A DNA stretch of 64,000 nucleotides, taken from contig CAVXTP010000022.1 in the NCBI GenBank assembly GCA_963764715.1, forward strand, positions 384,001 through 448,000, given 5' to 3'. The notes under the pieces were generated by a model that did no database searches, was not told the origin of the DNA, and saw only the letters and a program-made list of their open reading frames with translations. The position numbers and the translations under genes were made by a program. Shown one piece after another: positions 1-9,198 of the stretch. Position 1 is the first letter of the stretch. Every line of letters starts with the position of its first letter. Origin of the DNA: an uncultured Acidobacteriota bacterium. Its GTDB lineage: Bacteria; Acidobacteriota; Thermoanaerobaculia; UBA5066; Gp7-AA6.

Positions 1-684
1 CTGGAACGCCCGCACGACGCCGAGGCGGATGAGCTCGAGGCACGCGAGGAAGGCCGTCACGGCCTCGGCGCGGTAGCGCATCTGGCCGAGGAACTGGAGG
101 AGCGGCATCGTCCGGTGCTCGTCGAGCCGGGCGAGCAGCTCGATCATCTTGTCCCGGACCGAGAAGCGAAGGTGGTGGATCGCGAGGGCCGGCGGGTGCG
201 CCAGGCGGTAATTGTCCGTCACGCTTCGGAAGGTCTCGATCAGGTCGAAGAGCGAGACCTCCAGGGTCTCCTCGGCTCCTTCGCCCTTCGGGATCTCGGT
301 CTCCGGCCGCGGCCAGAGACCGCTCCGGAGCGTGTCGACCGCGTGGAGGGTCTCGGCCGAGCGCTTGAACTTCTCGTATTCGAGCAGGCGCTGGGCGAGA
401 TCGGCGCGCGGGTCGACCTCCGGCTCCCCCGGCGCCCGGGGAAGGAGCATCTTCGACTTGATGTAGATGAGCTCGGCCGCCATCGCGACGTACTCGGACG
501 CCACGTCGAGGTCCAGCTCCTGCATCGCTTCGAGGTAGGCCGTGTACTGCTCGGTGATCTCGGCGATCGGGATGTCGGTGATCGACACCTCGTTGATCCG
601 GATCAGGTGCAGCAGCAGGTCGAGAGGCCCGGCGAAAGCCGGGATCGCGACGGGCGGCAGGCCGCCCCGGTTGACCTCTTCCAC
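1..684 (-). CDS. scpA: Segregation and condensation protein A (ScpA), truncated by the window edge
   Basis: Not in the ORF track. Manual minus-strand translation from GTG at 684 gives FAGPLDLLLHLIR...MAAELIYIKSKMLLP...LLEYEKFK...FLACLELIRLG, the ScpA motifs; lies directly downstream of trpS. Confidence 0.92.
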   Translation of the reverse strand, partial: MEEVNRGGLPPVAIPAFAGPLDLLLHLIRINEVSITDIPIAEITEQYTAYLEAMQELDLDVASEYVAMAAELIYIKSKMLLPRAPGEPEVDPRADLAQRLLEYEKFKRSAETLHAVDTLRSGLWPRPETEIPKGEGAEETLEVSLFDLIETFRSVTDNYRLAHPPALAIHHLRFSVRDKMIELLARLDEHRTMPLLQFLGQMRYRAEAVTAFLACLELIRLGVVRAFQ

Positions 685-686
685 GC

Positions 687-1688
687 TCAGGGCTCCGGCG
701 AGAGCTTCACGGCGGCCCGGACCTTCTCCATCGTGGCCTCCGCGGCCACGCGGGCCGCGGCGTCGCCGGCATGGAGGACGTCGCGGACCACGTCGGAGGA
801 GGAGGCGACGAGCGCGGCGCGCTTCTGCCGGAAGGGCTCGAGCGCCGCGTTGAGGTTGCCGATGAGGTGTTTCTTGCAGTCGACGCAGCCGCGCGCGGCC
901 GTGCGGCACTCGACGTCGACGACGGCGACCTCGGCGGGCGGCGAGTAGAGCTCGTGGAAGGGAAACAGGTTGCAGTTGTCGGGGTTGCCCGGGTCCGTGC
1001 GCCGCGCCCGGGCCGGATCGGTCACCATCGCCATCACCTTCTCCCGCACGGAGTCGGCCGGCTCGGTGATCCCGATCGTGTTGTTGTAGGACTTGGACAT
1101 CTTGCGGCCGTCGATGCCGTTGACCTTCGGCGTCGGCGTGAAGAGCGCCTTCGGCTCCGGAAAGACCTCTCCGTAGAGGCCGTTGAAGCGGCGGACGATC
1201 TCGCGGCTGATCTCGAGGTGGCTCGCCTGGTCCTCGCCGACCGGCACGAGGTTGGCGCGGTAGATCGCGATGTCGGCCGTCTGGAGGACCGGGTACCCGA
1301 GGAAGCCATGGGTCCCGAGGTCCTTCGACCGCAGCTGCTCGATCTGGTCCTTGTACGTCGGGACGCGCTCGAGCCAGCCGAGCGGCGTGATCATCGAGAA
1401 ATACAGCGCGAGCTCGGCGTGCTGCGGCACCCGCGACTGGAGGAAGATCGTCGAGGCCTTCGGATCGAGCCCGACCGCGAGCCAGTCGAGAACGGCCTCG
1501 CGCGTGTTCGCGGCGAGCGCCGCGGTGTCGGCGTAGTCGGTCGTCAGCGCGTGGAGGTCGGCGACGAAGAAGAAGCAGCGGTACTTCCCCGAGTTCTGGA
1601 GGTCGACCCAGTTGCGGACCGCCCCGAAGTAGTTGCCGAGGTGGACCCGGCCGGTCGGGCGCAGGCCCGAGAGGACGATCTCCGGCAT
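687..1688 (-). CDS. trpS: Tryptophan--tRNA ligase
   Basis: SGLRPTGRVHLGNY (HIGH-like), GYPVLQTADI, VPVGEDQ and KMSKS motifs. Confidence 0.97.
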   Translation of the reverse strand: MPEIVLSGLRPTGRVHLGNYFGAVRNWVDLQNSGKYRCFFFVADLHALTTDYADTAALAANTREAVLDWLAVGLDPKASTIFLQSRVPQHAELALYFSMITPLGWLERVPTYKDQIEQLRSKDLGTHGFLGYPVLQTADIAIYRANLVPVGEDQASHLEISREIVRRFNGLYGEVFPEPKALFTPTPKVNGIDGRKMSKSYNNTIGITEPADSVREKVMAMVTDPARARRTDPGNPDNCNLFPFHELYSPPAEVAVVDVECRTAARGCVDCKKHLIGNLNAALEPFRQKRAALVASSSDVVRDVLHAGDAAARVAAEATMEKVRAAVKLSPEP

Positions 1689-2371
1689 CAGAGCCCCCCG
1701 AAGATGAGGCGCAGGACGGCGACCTGGATCGGTCGGAATATGTTTCCGAGGACGGGTGTGGCGATCAGGAGGATCAAAATCATGAAACCGAACGGCGCAA
1801 TCGTCGCATACAGCCTGGCGGCGGGAGCGCCGACGAGCGAGACGACGACCCCGCTTCCGTCGAGCGGCGGAATCGGCAGAAGGTTGAAGACGGCCAGCAT
1901 CACGTTGACCATCGAGAAGACGTAGAGGATGTAGGCAATCGGCGCCAGCGTTCCGGCGGCGAATCGATTCCCCCGGAGGGCGTCGACGAGGTCCGCCATC
2001 GCGGCGGGGTCCACGGCCCCGATCACCCGGAGGAGCACGATCCCGAACCCGGCCAGCAGGAAGTTCGAGAGCGGCCCCGCGGCGGAGACGAGGAGGTTGG
2101 CCATTCGCGGGTTCTTCGTCCGCCGGAGGTCGACGGGCGTGGGCTTGGCCGCTCCGAAGATCAGCCCGGAGAAGAAGTACAGGAGCGCGGGCACCAGGAT
2201 GCTCCCGACCGGGTCGATGTGCCGGATCGGGTTGAGGCTGATCCGGCCGAGGTCCCGCGCCGTCGTGTCCCCCAGCTTGAGCGCGGTCCAGGCATGGGCC
2301 GACTCGTGGAAGGAGATGGCGAAGAGAATCACCGCGAGCTGGATCGCGAAGTCGACGACCTTGTGTTCCAA
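1688..2371 (-). CDS. Site-2 protease (M50 family) membrane metalloprotease
   Basis: HESAH zinc motif, AAGPLSN, FNLLPIPPLDG. Start placed at TTG 2371, below a TGCTATAGT extended -10; the longer ORF-track N-terminus is antisense to the sigma gene. Confidence 0.9.
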   Translation of the reverse strand: MEHKVVDFAIQLAVILFAISFHESAHAWTALKLGDTTARDLGRISLNPIRHIDPVGSILVPALLYFFSGLIFGAAKPTPVDLRRTKNPRMANLLVSAAGPLSNFLLAGFGIVLLRVIGAVDPAAMADLVDALRGNRFAAGTLAPIAYILYVFSMVNVMLAVFNLLPIPPLDGSGVVVSLVGAPAARLYATIAPFGFMILILLIATPVLGNIFRPIQVAVLRLIFGGL

Positions 2372-2455
2372 GCGGCTGGGACTATAGCAAGCGTCTGAGG
2401 CGGCGAGGCTTGTGGGGAGCCGCCCGGAGGCCTTAGATTGGCCTCCCGGGGGGCC

Positions 2456-2482
2456 GTAACCTTCCCTTCCACGCAACGTCTC
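2456..2482 (+). promoter_or_regulatory. ECF-type promoter upstream of the sigma gene (probable autoregulation)
   Basis: GTAAC-N16-CGTCTC; the same architecture recurs at 4037-4063. Confidence 0.7.
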
Positions 2483-2500
2483 CCCTGTTGGCCGGGCTGA

Positions 2501-3070
2501 ATGGAAACCAGAGGCAGCGAGGATCTCGACCTGCTCGAGAGGATTCGCCGCGGGGACACCGGCGGTGCGGCCGAGCTTTTCGAGCGCTACTCGCCGGCCC
2601 TGCTCCGGTTCACGGACCGGATGCTCTCGGACCGGGCCTCGGCCGAGGAAGTGACACAGGAGGTTTTCGTCAAGGTGATCTCGAGGGCGCATCAGTACGA
2701 CGGGCGGGCCGGCGTGGCCTCGTGGCTCTTCGCCATCGCGGCCAACGCGTGCCGCGACCGGCGTCGGCGGGACCGCCGGGCCACGGTCGTGCCGCTGGAG
2801 GCCGTCGCCGAGCCGAGCGCGCGCGGCGAAGGGATCGAAAGCGTCATCGCGTCGCGCGAGCGCCGGCAGGCCGTCCGCCAGGCCCTCTCCCGGCTTTCCG
2901 ACGAGCAGCGCGAAGCGCTCGTCCTCGCCCGCTACCACGGCATGCCGTACGCCGAGATCGCGGAGACGCTGGGGATCTCGGTCGGCGCCGTCAAGACCCG
3001 CATCTTCCGGGCCGTCGAAACGCTGAAGGCCCATTTCTCGGAGGGAGAATCATGGACTGCCGCGACGTAA
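2501..3070 (+). CDS. ECF RNA polymerase sigma-70 factor
   Basis: Region 2 AEEVTQEVFVKV...SWLFAIAANACRD; region 4 LSDEQREALVL...YAEIAETLGISVGAVKTRIFRA. Confidence 0.95.
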   Translation: METRGSEDLDLLERIRRGDTGGAAELFERYSPALLRFTDRMLSDRASAEEVTQEVFVKVISRAHQYDGRAGVASWLFAIAANACRDRRRRDRRATVVPLEAVAEPSARGEGIESVIASRERRQAVRQALSRLSDEQREALVLARYHGMPYAEIAETLGISVGAVKTRIFRAVETLKAHFSEGESWTAAT

Positions 3071-4023
3071 CCGCGATCGCCCTCGAACGCCTCGCCGGGG
3101 AAGCCGACGAGGCCTCGCGCCGCGAGCTGTCGGCGCACCTGGCGGGCTGCGAGGCCTGCCGCGGCGAGATGGCCCGGCTCGAGGACCTCTGGACGGTCCT
3201 CGGCACCGACCCGGACGCGCCGGTCACGCCGGAGTTCCGCCGCCGCTCCCTCGACCTGATGGAGGAGGAGATGCTCCGCCGGCGGGTGCGCGAGTTCCGG
3301 CCGCGGCCGCGCGCCGTCGTCGTGCGCCCGATGCTCCAGGCCGCGGCGCTGCTCGCGGCCGGCAGCCTCGGATACCTCGTCGCGCGGAACGTGGCGCCCG
3401 CCGCCCGGCCGTCGCCGTCCCCCGCGCCGGGGGCGACGACCGCGTCCGCGCGGCCCGCCGCCTCCGCGCTGCCGGACCTGTCGGCGAGCCCGAGGCTTTC
3501 CAACGTGGCCTACCGGCCGGCGGACAAGGACGGGCGGGTCGGAATCGAGTTCGACGTCACCACGCGCCAGACGGTCGTCGGGCGTCCCGAGGAGCCGGAG
3601 GTCGCGAAGCTGCTCGCGTACATGGTCTCGCGCAGCGCCGACACCGCCGGCGACCGCTCGCGCGCGATCGCGCTCGTCTCCGAGCACTACGGCGCGGGCA
3701 GCGCGACGGCCTCTCCCGAGATCGTCGCCGCCCTGTCGTCGACGCTCCGGAAGGACCCCAACCCGGGCGTCCGCAAGAAGGCCGCCGATGCGCTCGCGTC
3801 GTTCACGATGACCCCCGAGATCCGGACCGTGTTCCTCGAGGCGCTGTCCTCGGACAAGAACCCGGCCGTGCGCCTCGCGGCCGTCGACGCGCTCGCGGCC
3901 GCGGCCAAGCAGTCGCCGGACGAGCGCACGATCGAGTCGCTGCGCGAGAAGGCCGTCGATCCCCAGGAGAACGGCTTCGTGCGCGCCAAGGCGGCGTCCG
4001 CGCTGAAGGCGATCTCCTTCTGA
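3052..4023 (+). CDS. Anti-sigma factor: zf-HC2 zinc site, TM helix, C-terminal HEAT repeats
   Basis: MDC...HLAGCEAC (HxxxCxxC), a hydrophobic segment, and DPNPGVRKKAADAL / DKNPAVRLAAVDAL HEAT repeats; overlaps the end of the sigma gene. Confidence 0.88.
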   Translation: MDCRDVTAIALERLAGEADEASRRELSAHLAGCEACRGEMARLEDLWTVLGTDPDAPVTPEFRRRSLDLMEEEMLRRRVREFRPRPRAVVVRPMLQAAALLAAGSLGYLVARNVAPAARPSPSPAPGATTASARPAASALPDLSASPRLSNVAYRPADKDGRVGIEFDVTTRQTVVGRPEEPEVAKLLAYMVSRSADTAGDRSRAIALVSEHYGAGSATASPEIVAALSSTLRKDPNPGVRKKAADALASFTMTPEIRTVFLEALSSDKNPAVRLAAVDALAAAAKQSPDERTIESLREKAVDPQENGFVRAKAASALKAISF

Positions 4024-4036
4024 GAAAGGGCGCAGC

Positions 4037-4063
4037 GAAACTCCCATGCCGAGCCAACGTCTC
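4037..4063 (+). promoter_or_regulatory. Second ECF-type promoter, upstream of the DUF4097 gene
   Basis: GAAAC-N16-CGTCTC; shares CAACGTCTC with the 2456 promoter. Confidence 0.7.
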
Positions 4064-4072
4064 TCTTGGACG

Positions 4073-6040
4073 ATGAACACGCTGAAGTTCGAACGCTCCC
4101 GCGAGGCCTGCGAAACGCCGACGGCGCGCGCCGATCGGTTCGCGGTCTGGATCCTGCTCGCGCTGGGTCTCTTCCTCATGCTGGTCTCGACCGGCAAGGC
4201 GGAACAGGGCTCGGCCACCCGCACCGAGCGCGTCAACGGCACGCTCGCGTCCGGGCAGACGCTCTCGGTCGACAACGTCTCGGGCGACATCGTGGCCTCC
4301 CCGGGACGCGAGTTCTCCGCGGTCGTGACGGTGACGGTCTCCGCGCCCACGCAGAAGCAGGCCGAAGACCTGCTGAAGAGCGCGCGGATCGCCCAGAGCC
4401 ACGACGACGACGGCTGGTCGCTCGAGACCCGGTGGCCCGGCATGCACGGCCGGGGCGACCGCGGGCGCGACGCGGGCTGCTCGCGCTGCCGCGTCGTCGC
4501 GAACTACGTCCTGACGGTCCCCCCGGGCGTCGCGGCGCAGCTGCAGACGGTCAACGGCGACGTTCGCGTCAAGGACCTCGACGGTGAGCTGACGCTGGGC
4601 TCCGTCAACGGGGCGATCGACGCCCGGGGCGTGCGCCGGTCGCTCGAGGCCCAGACCGTGAACGGCTCGATCGACGCCGTATCGCAGGCGCTGCGGACCG
4701 AGGACAGCGTCGAGCTCCAGTCGGTCAACGGCTCGGTCACCCTGGTGCTTCCGAAGGACGCCCAGTTCGACCTCTCGGCCGAGACCATGAACGGCACGAT
4801 CGCCTCCTCGTTCCCGCTGCCGAAGCAGCCGCTGCTGTCGGGGCGGGCCGCCGGCGGCGAGATGCCGCCGCGGGGCCACGGAAAGAAGGCGCGGCAGATC
4901 GTCGTGACCGACGAGGACGGCGACACGACCATGGTCGACCTCGACCAGCTGGACCAGGAGCTCGACGAATCGATGAAGGACGTCGAGCGCTCGATCCGCG
5001 AGGCCGAGCAGGAGATCCGCGAGCGGGAGAAGGACACCCGCGCCATCAACCGCGAGATCCGGACGATCCGCATCGCCGACCCGCGCCGCGACTACAGCGG
5101 TTCGATCGGGAAGGGCGGCGCCTCCGTCCGCCTGCAGACCCTGAACGGCACGGTTCTCCTGCTCGCCGCCGGGACGAAGGAGGCCGACGCGAAGCCGCTC
5201 GTCTCGGGCCGCCGCGAGTTCGTGGTGACGGTGCCGGACGTGCACGTGAAGGTCCCGGCGCCGGTCGTGGCGAGCCCGCGCGTGCATCCGGTGCCTCCGG
5301 CTCCGCCCGCTCTCCCGGTCGCCGGGGTTCCCGCCGTACCCGCGGTTCCGCCGGCCCCGCCCGCCGACTTCGACGGCGAGGTGGTGCGCGGCGACGTCGC
5401 GGGCGACTTCCTCTCGACGACGAGCGGCGGCAACTACCGGATCGGGCGGGTCAGCGGCCGGGTCAAGATCCTGACCCACTCGGGCGAGATCCGCGTCGGC
5501 GGCATCGGCGCGGGCGGCGAGCTGAAGACCTTCGGCGGCGACGTCGTGCTCGGTCCCGTGACCGGCGACCTCAGGGTGTCGACGGCGGCGGGCGACATCC
5601 GCGTGGATTCCGTCTCCGGCTCGGCGCTGGCCGACACGGCCGGCGGGGACATCCGCATCCAGAGCGTCGGCGGAAATCTCGACGCCAAGACGGCCGGCGG
5701 CGACGTGATCGTGCCCCGGGTCGGCGGAAGCGTGCGCGCTTCGACGGCCGGCGGCGACGTGCGCATCGGCGTCACGTCCCGGGACATCCGGGGAGGAATC
5801 ACCATCCGCAACTCCGGCGGGGACGTGTCGCTGTCGATCCCGGCCGACACGAAGGCCGACGTCGAGCTCGTCGTGACGGGCGCCGAGGACGAAGAGAACC
5901 CGATCCGCTCGGACTTCGGCTACCTGACGATCGACAAGAAGCCGGGCACGCAGCGCGCCACCGCGGTCTTGAACGGCGGCGGCGAGAAGATCGTGATCCG
6001 GACGACGTCGGGCGAGATCCGGCTGCGGAAGAGTCCGTAA
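4073..6040 (+). CDS. DUF4097 family beta-strand-repeat exported protein
   Basis: N-terminal hydrophobic segment; repeated TVNGDV/SVNGAI/TAGGDI units in two blocks separated by a coiled coil and a Pro-rich linker. ATG 4073 preferred because ATG 4046 lies inside the promoter spacer. Confidence 0.85.
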   Translation: MNTLKFERSREACETPTARADRFAVWILLALGLFLMLVSTGKAEQGSATRTERVNGTLASGQTLSVDNVSGDIVASPGREFSAVVTVTVSAPTQKQAEDLLKSARIAQSHDDDGWSLETRWPGMHGRGDRGRDAGCSRCRVVANYVLTVPPGVAAQLQTVNGDVRVKDLDGELTLGSVNGAIDARGVRRSLEAQTVNGSIDAVSQALRTEDSVELQSVNGSVTLVLPKDAQFDLSAETMNGTIASSFPLPKQPLLSGRAAGGEMPPRGHGKKARQIVVTDEDGDTTMVDLDQLDQELDESMKDVERSIREAEQEIREREKDTRAINREIRTIRIADPRRDYSGSIGKGGASVRLQTLNGTVLLLAAGTKEADAKPLVSGRREFVVTVPDVHVKVPAPVVASPRVHPVPPAPPALPVAGVPAVPAVPPAPPADFDGEVVRGDVAGDFLSTTSGGNYRIGRVSGRVKILTHSGEIRVGGIGAGGELKTFGGDVVLGPVTGDLRVSTAAGDIRVDSVSGSALADTAGGDIRIQSVGGNLDAKTAGGDVIVPRVGGSVRASTAGGDVRIGVTSRDIRGGITIRNSGGDVSLSIPADTKADVELVVTGAEDEENPIRSDFGYLTIDKKPGTQRATAVLNGGGEKIVIRTTSGEIRLRKSP

Positions 6041-6041
6041 T

Positions 6042-6074
6042 CAGGAGGCAGGAGGCAGGAGGCAGGAGGCAGGA
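6042..6074. repeat. Heptamer tandem repeat (CAGGAGG)x4.7
   Basis: caggagg caggagg caggagg caggagg cagga between convergent genes. Confidence 0.9.
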
Positions 6075-6099
6075 CGACCAACGGCGCTCTGCGGCCTGA

Positions 6100-7089
6100 C
6101 TACCGGATTCGCAACACCGCGCGGCGCTCGATCTCCACTTCCTCGCCCGTCCCCGAGCGCGGGTCGTGGCGGCCGTTCGACAGGTATTCGCGGATGCCCG
6201 GCGAGAACCGCCGCCACTCGGCACCGAAAGTCGCGAGCGTCGGCGCGGTGTCGCCGGTGTTGTCGCGCGAGAGGCTCCGGAGCTGGTCGCGCGTCAGCGG
6301 CGGATCGGCGAACACGCCGCGCCGCGCGAGCCACTCGAAGCCGGTGGCGAGCAGGCGCCCGTACCAGAGCGGAAAGTGGATCATCGGCTTGCCCGGCTTG
6401 CCGACCGCCGCCGCGACGTCGCGGTAGATGTCGTTCAAGGTCCAGATCTCGGGCCCTCCCACCTCGTACGCCTGGTGGATCGTCCCCGGCTTCTCGAGCG
6501 CGTCGGCGAAGACGCGGGCCACGTCGAAGATCGAGACCGGCTGGAAGCGCGTCGTGCCCGGCCCGATGACCGGGATGAAGCCCGGGTTCCCCCGCACGAT
6601 CGGCGCGAGCAGCGACACGAAGCCGTCTCCCGGGCCGAAGATGATCGACGGACGAAAGATCGTCCAGTCGAGGCCGGAGGCCCGGACCGCCTTCTCGCCC
6701 GCGGCCTTCGTGCGGCCGTACTCGGAGGGCGAGTCCTCGAAGCTTCCCATCGCGCTCATGTGCAGATAGCGCCGGATGCCGGCGGTCTTCGCCGCCGCGA
6801 GGGCGTTTTCCGTCGCTTCCCGGTGCATCCGGTCGAAGGTCTGGTCGCCCTTCTCGTGGATGATCCCGACGAGGTGGACGAGGGCCTCGCGGCCGGCGGC
6901 GGCCGCCGCGAGCGAGGCGGTGTCGAGGACGTCGCCCTCGACCGCCTCGACGGGCCGGTTGTACCGGTTGCGGGTCTTCTCGGGGGAGCGCGCCAGGACC
7001 GCGACCGCGTGGCCGCGGTGCAGCAGGCGGTTGACCAGGTGGGTCCCGACGAAACCGGTGCCGCCCGTCACGAGAACTTTCAATCGCAC
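6100..7089 (-). CDS. NAD(P)-binding atypical SDR, complex I NDUFA9-like epimerase family
   Basis: VTGGTGFVG Rossmann motif, YGRTK, IFRPSIIFG, FQPVSIFDVA. Confidence 0.88.
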   Translation of the reverse strand: MRLKVLVTGGTGFVGTHLVNRLLHRGHAVAVLARSPEKTRNRYNRPVEAVEGDVLDTASLAAAAAGREALVHLVGIIHEKGDQTFDRMHREATENALAAAKTAGIRRYLHMSAMGSFEDSPSEYGRTKAAGEKAVRASGLDWTIFRPSIIFGPGDGFVSLLAPIVRGNPGFIPVIGPGTTRFQPVSIFDVARVFADALEKPGTIHQAYEVGGPEIWTLNDIYRDVAAAVGKPGKPMIHFPLWYGRLLATGFEWLARRGVFADPPLTRDQLRSLSRDNTGDTAPTLATFGAEWRRFSPGIREYLSNGRHDPRSGTGEEVEIERRAVLRIR

Positions 7090-7167
7090 CTCCGCTCCGG
7101 ATCTTGTACCACGCCCCCCGGCTCTTGCCGGCGGCTCGTCCGCCGCCTGCGGTCTGCGGTCTCCCGT

Positions 7168-9198
7168 CTAGGGATAACCGAACAGGTCGCTCGCCACGGC
7201 CTCCTGCCGCGCCCGCCGCGCCACGATCTCGTTGCGGGCCTGCGGCAGCCGCCCAAGGTCCCGGAGCGGGTCCGCGACGCGCAGAGGCGGAAGGCCGCTC
7301 TGCCGCGTTCCGAGGAGGTCGCCGGGGCCGCGCGCCTCGAGGTCCTTTTCCGCGATGAGGAACCCGTCGGACGTCTGCTCGAGCACGGCGAGGCGGCGCC
7401 GGGCGTCCTCCGTCGCGCCGCGTCCCACGACGAGCGCGCACCACGACGGGCGCTCGCTCCGCCCGACGCGCCCGCGCAGCTGGTGGAGCTGCGCGAGCCC
7501 GAAGCTCTCGGCGTTCTCGACGATCATCAGCGTGGCCTCGGGCACGTCGACTCCCACTTCGACGACCGTCGTCGACACGAGGACGGGGCACCGCCCCGCG
7601 GCGAAGTCGGCGAGCACGGCCTGGCGCTCGGCCGCCGGCATGCGGCCGTGCAGGACCCCGATGCGAATCCCCGGCAGGGCGGCCGCGAGGCGTGCGGCGG
7701 TCTCGCGTGTCGCCGCGACCTCGCGGGCGCCTTCCTCGATCGCCGGAACGACGACGTACACCCGTTCCCCCGCGGCGGCCCGCTCGCCGGCGAAGCGGTA
7801 GACGCGGTCGCGGGCGGCCTCTTCGCGCACCCGCGTCACGACGGGCGAACGGCCCGGGGGCTTCTCGTCGAGGACGGAGACGTCGAGCTCGCCGTAGATC
7901 GCCCAGGCGAGCGAGCGCGGGATGGGCGTGGCCGTCATGATGAGGACGTGGGGGGACGGGTCTCCCTTGCGGAACAGGCGCGAGCGGTGGGCCACGCCGA
8001 ACCGGTGCTGCTCGTCGACGACGACGAGGCCGAGGCGGCGGAACTTCACGGGCGACTCGACGAGGGCGTGGGTGCCGACGAGGGCGTCGATCGAGCCCGC
8101 GGCGAGGGCCTCGAGCAGGTGGCGCCGCGCGGCGCCGCGCACGCGGCCCGTCAGGAGGCCGAGCCGGACGCCCGCTCCCGTCAGCCACGACGCGAGGCTC
8201 TCGGCGTGCTGCTCGGCGAGGATCTCGGTCGGCGCCATCAGGGCGGCCTGCGCCCCGTTCCGGGCGGCGAGCAGGATCGCCAGGCCCGCCACGACCGTCT
8301 TGCCTGAGCCGACGTCGCCCTGGAGCAGTCGCGCCATCGCCCGGCCCGAGGCGAGGTCCCGGGCGATCTCCCGCACGGCCCGCTTCTGCGCGGCGGTCAG
8401 CCGGAACGGCAGCGCCGAGCGGGCGAGCTCGCGGATCGTGTCTTCCGCCGGCAGCGCGAGGCCGGGCCGGGCGCGCAGCCGCGCGCGGCGGTCCTCGATG
8501 CGGGCGGCGAGGGCGAGGAGCTCCTCCCCGGCGAGCGCCGCGCGGGCCGGCCCGGCGGAATCCTCGTGCGTCGGAAAATGGGCCTCCCCGAGGGCCTCGC
8601 GAAGCTTCGCCGGCGATGCGGAGATCGCGCGGAAATCCGTGCCAAGCGCGTCGAGGGCCCGCCGGACGAGAACGCGCCACGGGCGGGTCGGGATCTCCGC
8701 GAGGCGATGGTAGACGCCGACGATCCGGCCGGAATGGAGCGGATCGGCTTCCTCGCCCGGGTCGAAGAGCTCGGTCTCGGGGTTCTCGATCCGCATCTCG
8801 CCCCGCGTCCCGGCCACGGGCGTGCCGTAGAGCGCGGCGCGCTTGTCCGCCAGGGCCTTCGCGAAGGACGGGTAACGGTTGTGCCAGACGACCCGGACGG
8901 CCCCGGTGCCGTCGTCGGCGACGGCCTCGACCCGCAGGAGGCCGCGGCGCATGCGGATCGAGCGCACGCCCTGGAAGCGGACGAGGACCGTCGCCGGCTT
9001 CTCCCACTCGAGGCTCGCGACCGTGGCGAAGCGCCGCCGGTCCTCGTAGCGAAACGGCAGCGCGAGCAGGAAGTCCGCGATCGTCGCGACGCCGGCCTCG
9101 GCGAGGCGGGCCGCGCGGGTCGGCCCGATGCCGGGAAGTCGGGCGATCGGGTCGCCCGGGCGGAGCGGAGGCGGAGGTGCGCCGGGGGCGGGCGTCAG
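7168..9198 (-). CDS. recG: ATP-dependent DNA helicase RecG (start probably CTG at 9198)
   Basis: LLQGDVGSGKT, DEQHRFG, MTATPIPRSL, QLHQLRGRVGR. The frame stays open 77 codons above the ORF-track start and encodes LPGIGPTRAARLAEAGVATIADFLLALPFRYEDRR. Confidence 0.95.
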   Translation of the reverse strand: MTPAPGAPPPPLRPGDPIARLPGIGPTRAARLAEAGVATIADFLLALPFRYEDRRRFATVASLEWEKPATVLVRFQGVRSIRMRRGLLRVEAVADDGTGAVRVVWHNRYPSFAKALADKRAALYGTPVAGTRGEMRIENPETELFDPGEEADPLHSGRIVGVYHRLAEIPTRPWRVLVRRALDALGTDFRAISASPAKLREALGEAHFPTHEDSAGPARAALAGEELLALAARIEDRRARLRARPGLALPAEDTIRELARSALPFRLTAAQKRAVREIARDLASGRAMARLLQGDVGSGKTVVAGLAILLAARNGAQAALMAPTEILAEQHAESLASWLTGAGVRLGLLTGRVRGAARRHLLEALAAGSIDALVGTHALVESPVKFRRLGLVVVDEQHRFGVAHRSRLFRKGDPSPHVLIMTATPIPRSLAWAIYGELDVSVLDEKPPGRSPVVTRVREEAARDRVYRFAGERAAAGERVYVVVPAIEEGAREVAATRETAARLAAALPGIRIGVLHGRMPAAERQAVLADFAAGRCPVLVSTTVVEVGVDVPEATLMIVENAESFGLAQLHQLRGRVGRSERPSWCALVVGRGATEDARRRLAVLEQTSDGFLIAEKDLEARGPGDLLGTRQSGLPPLRVADPLRDLGRLPQARNEIVARRARQEAVASDLFGYP

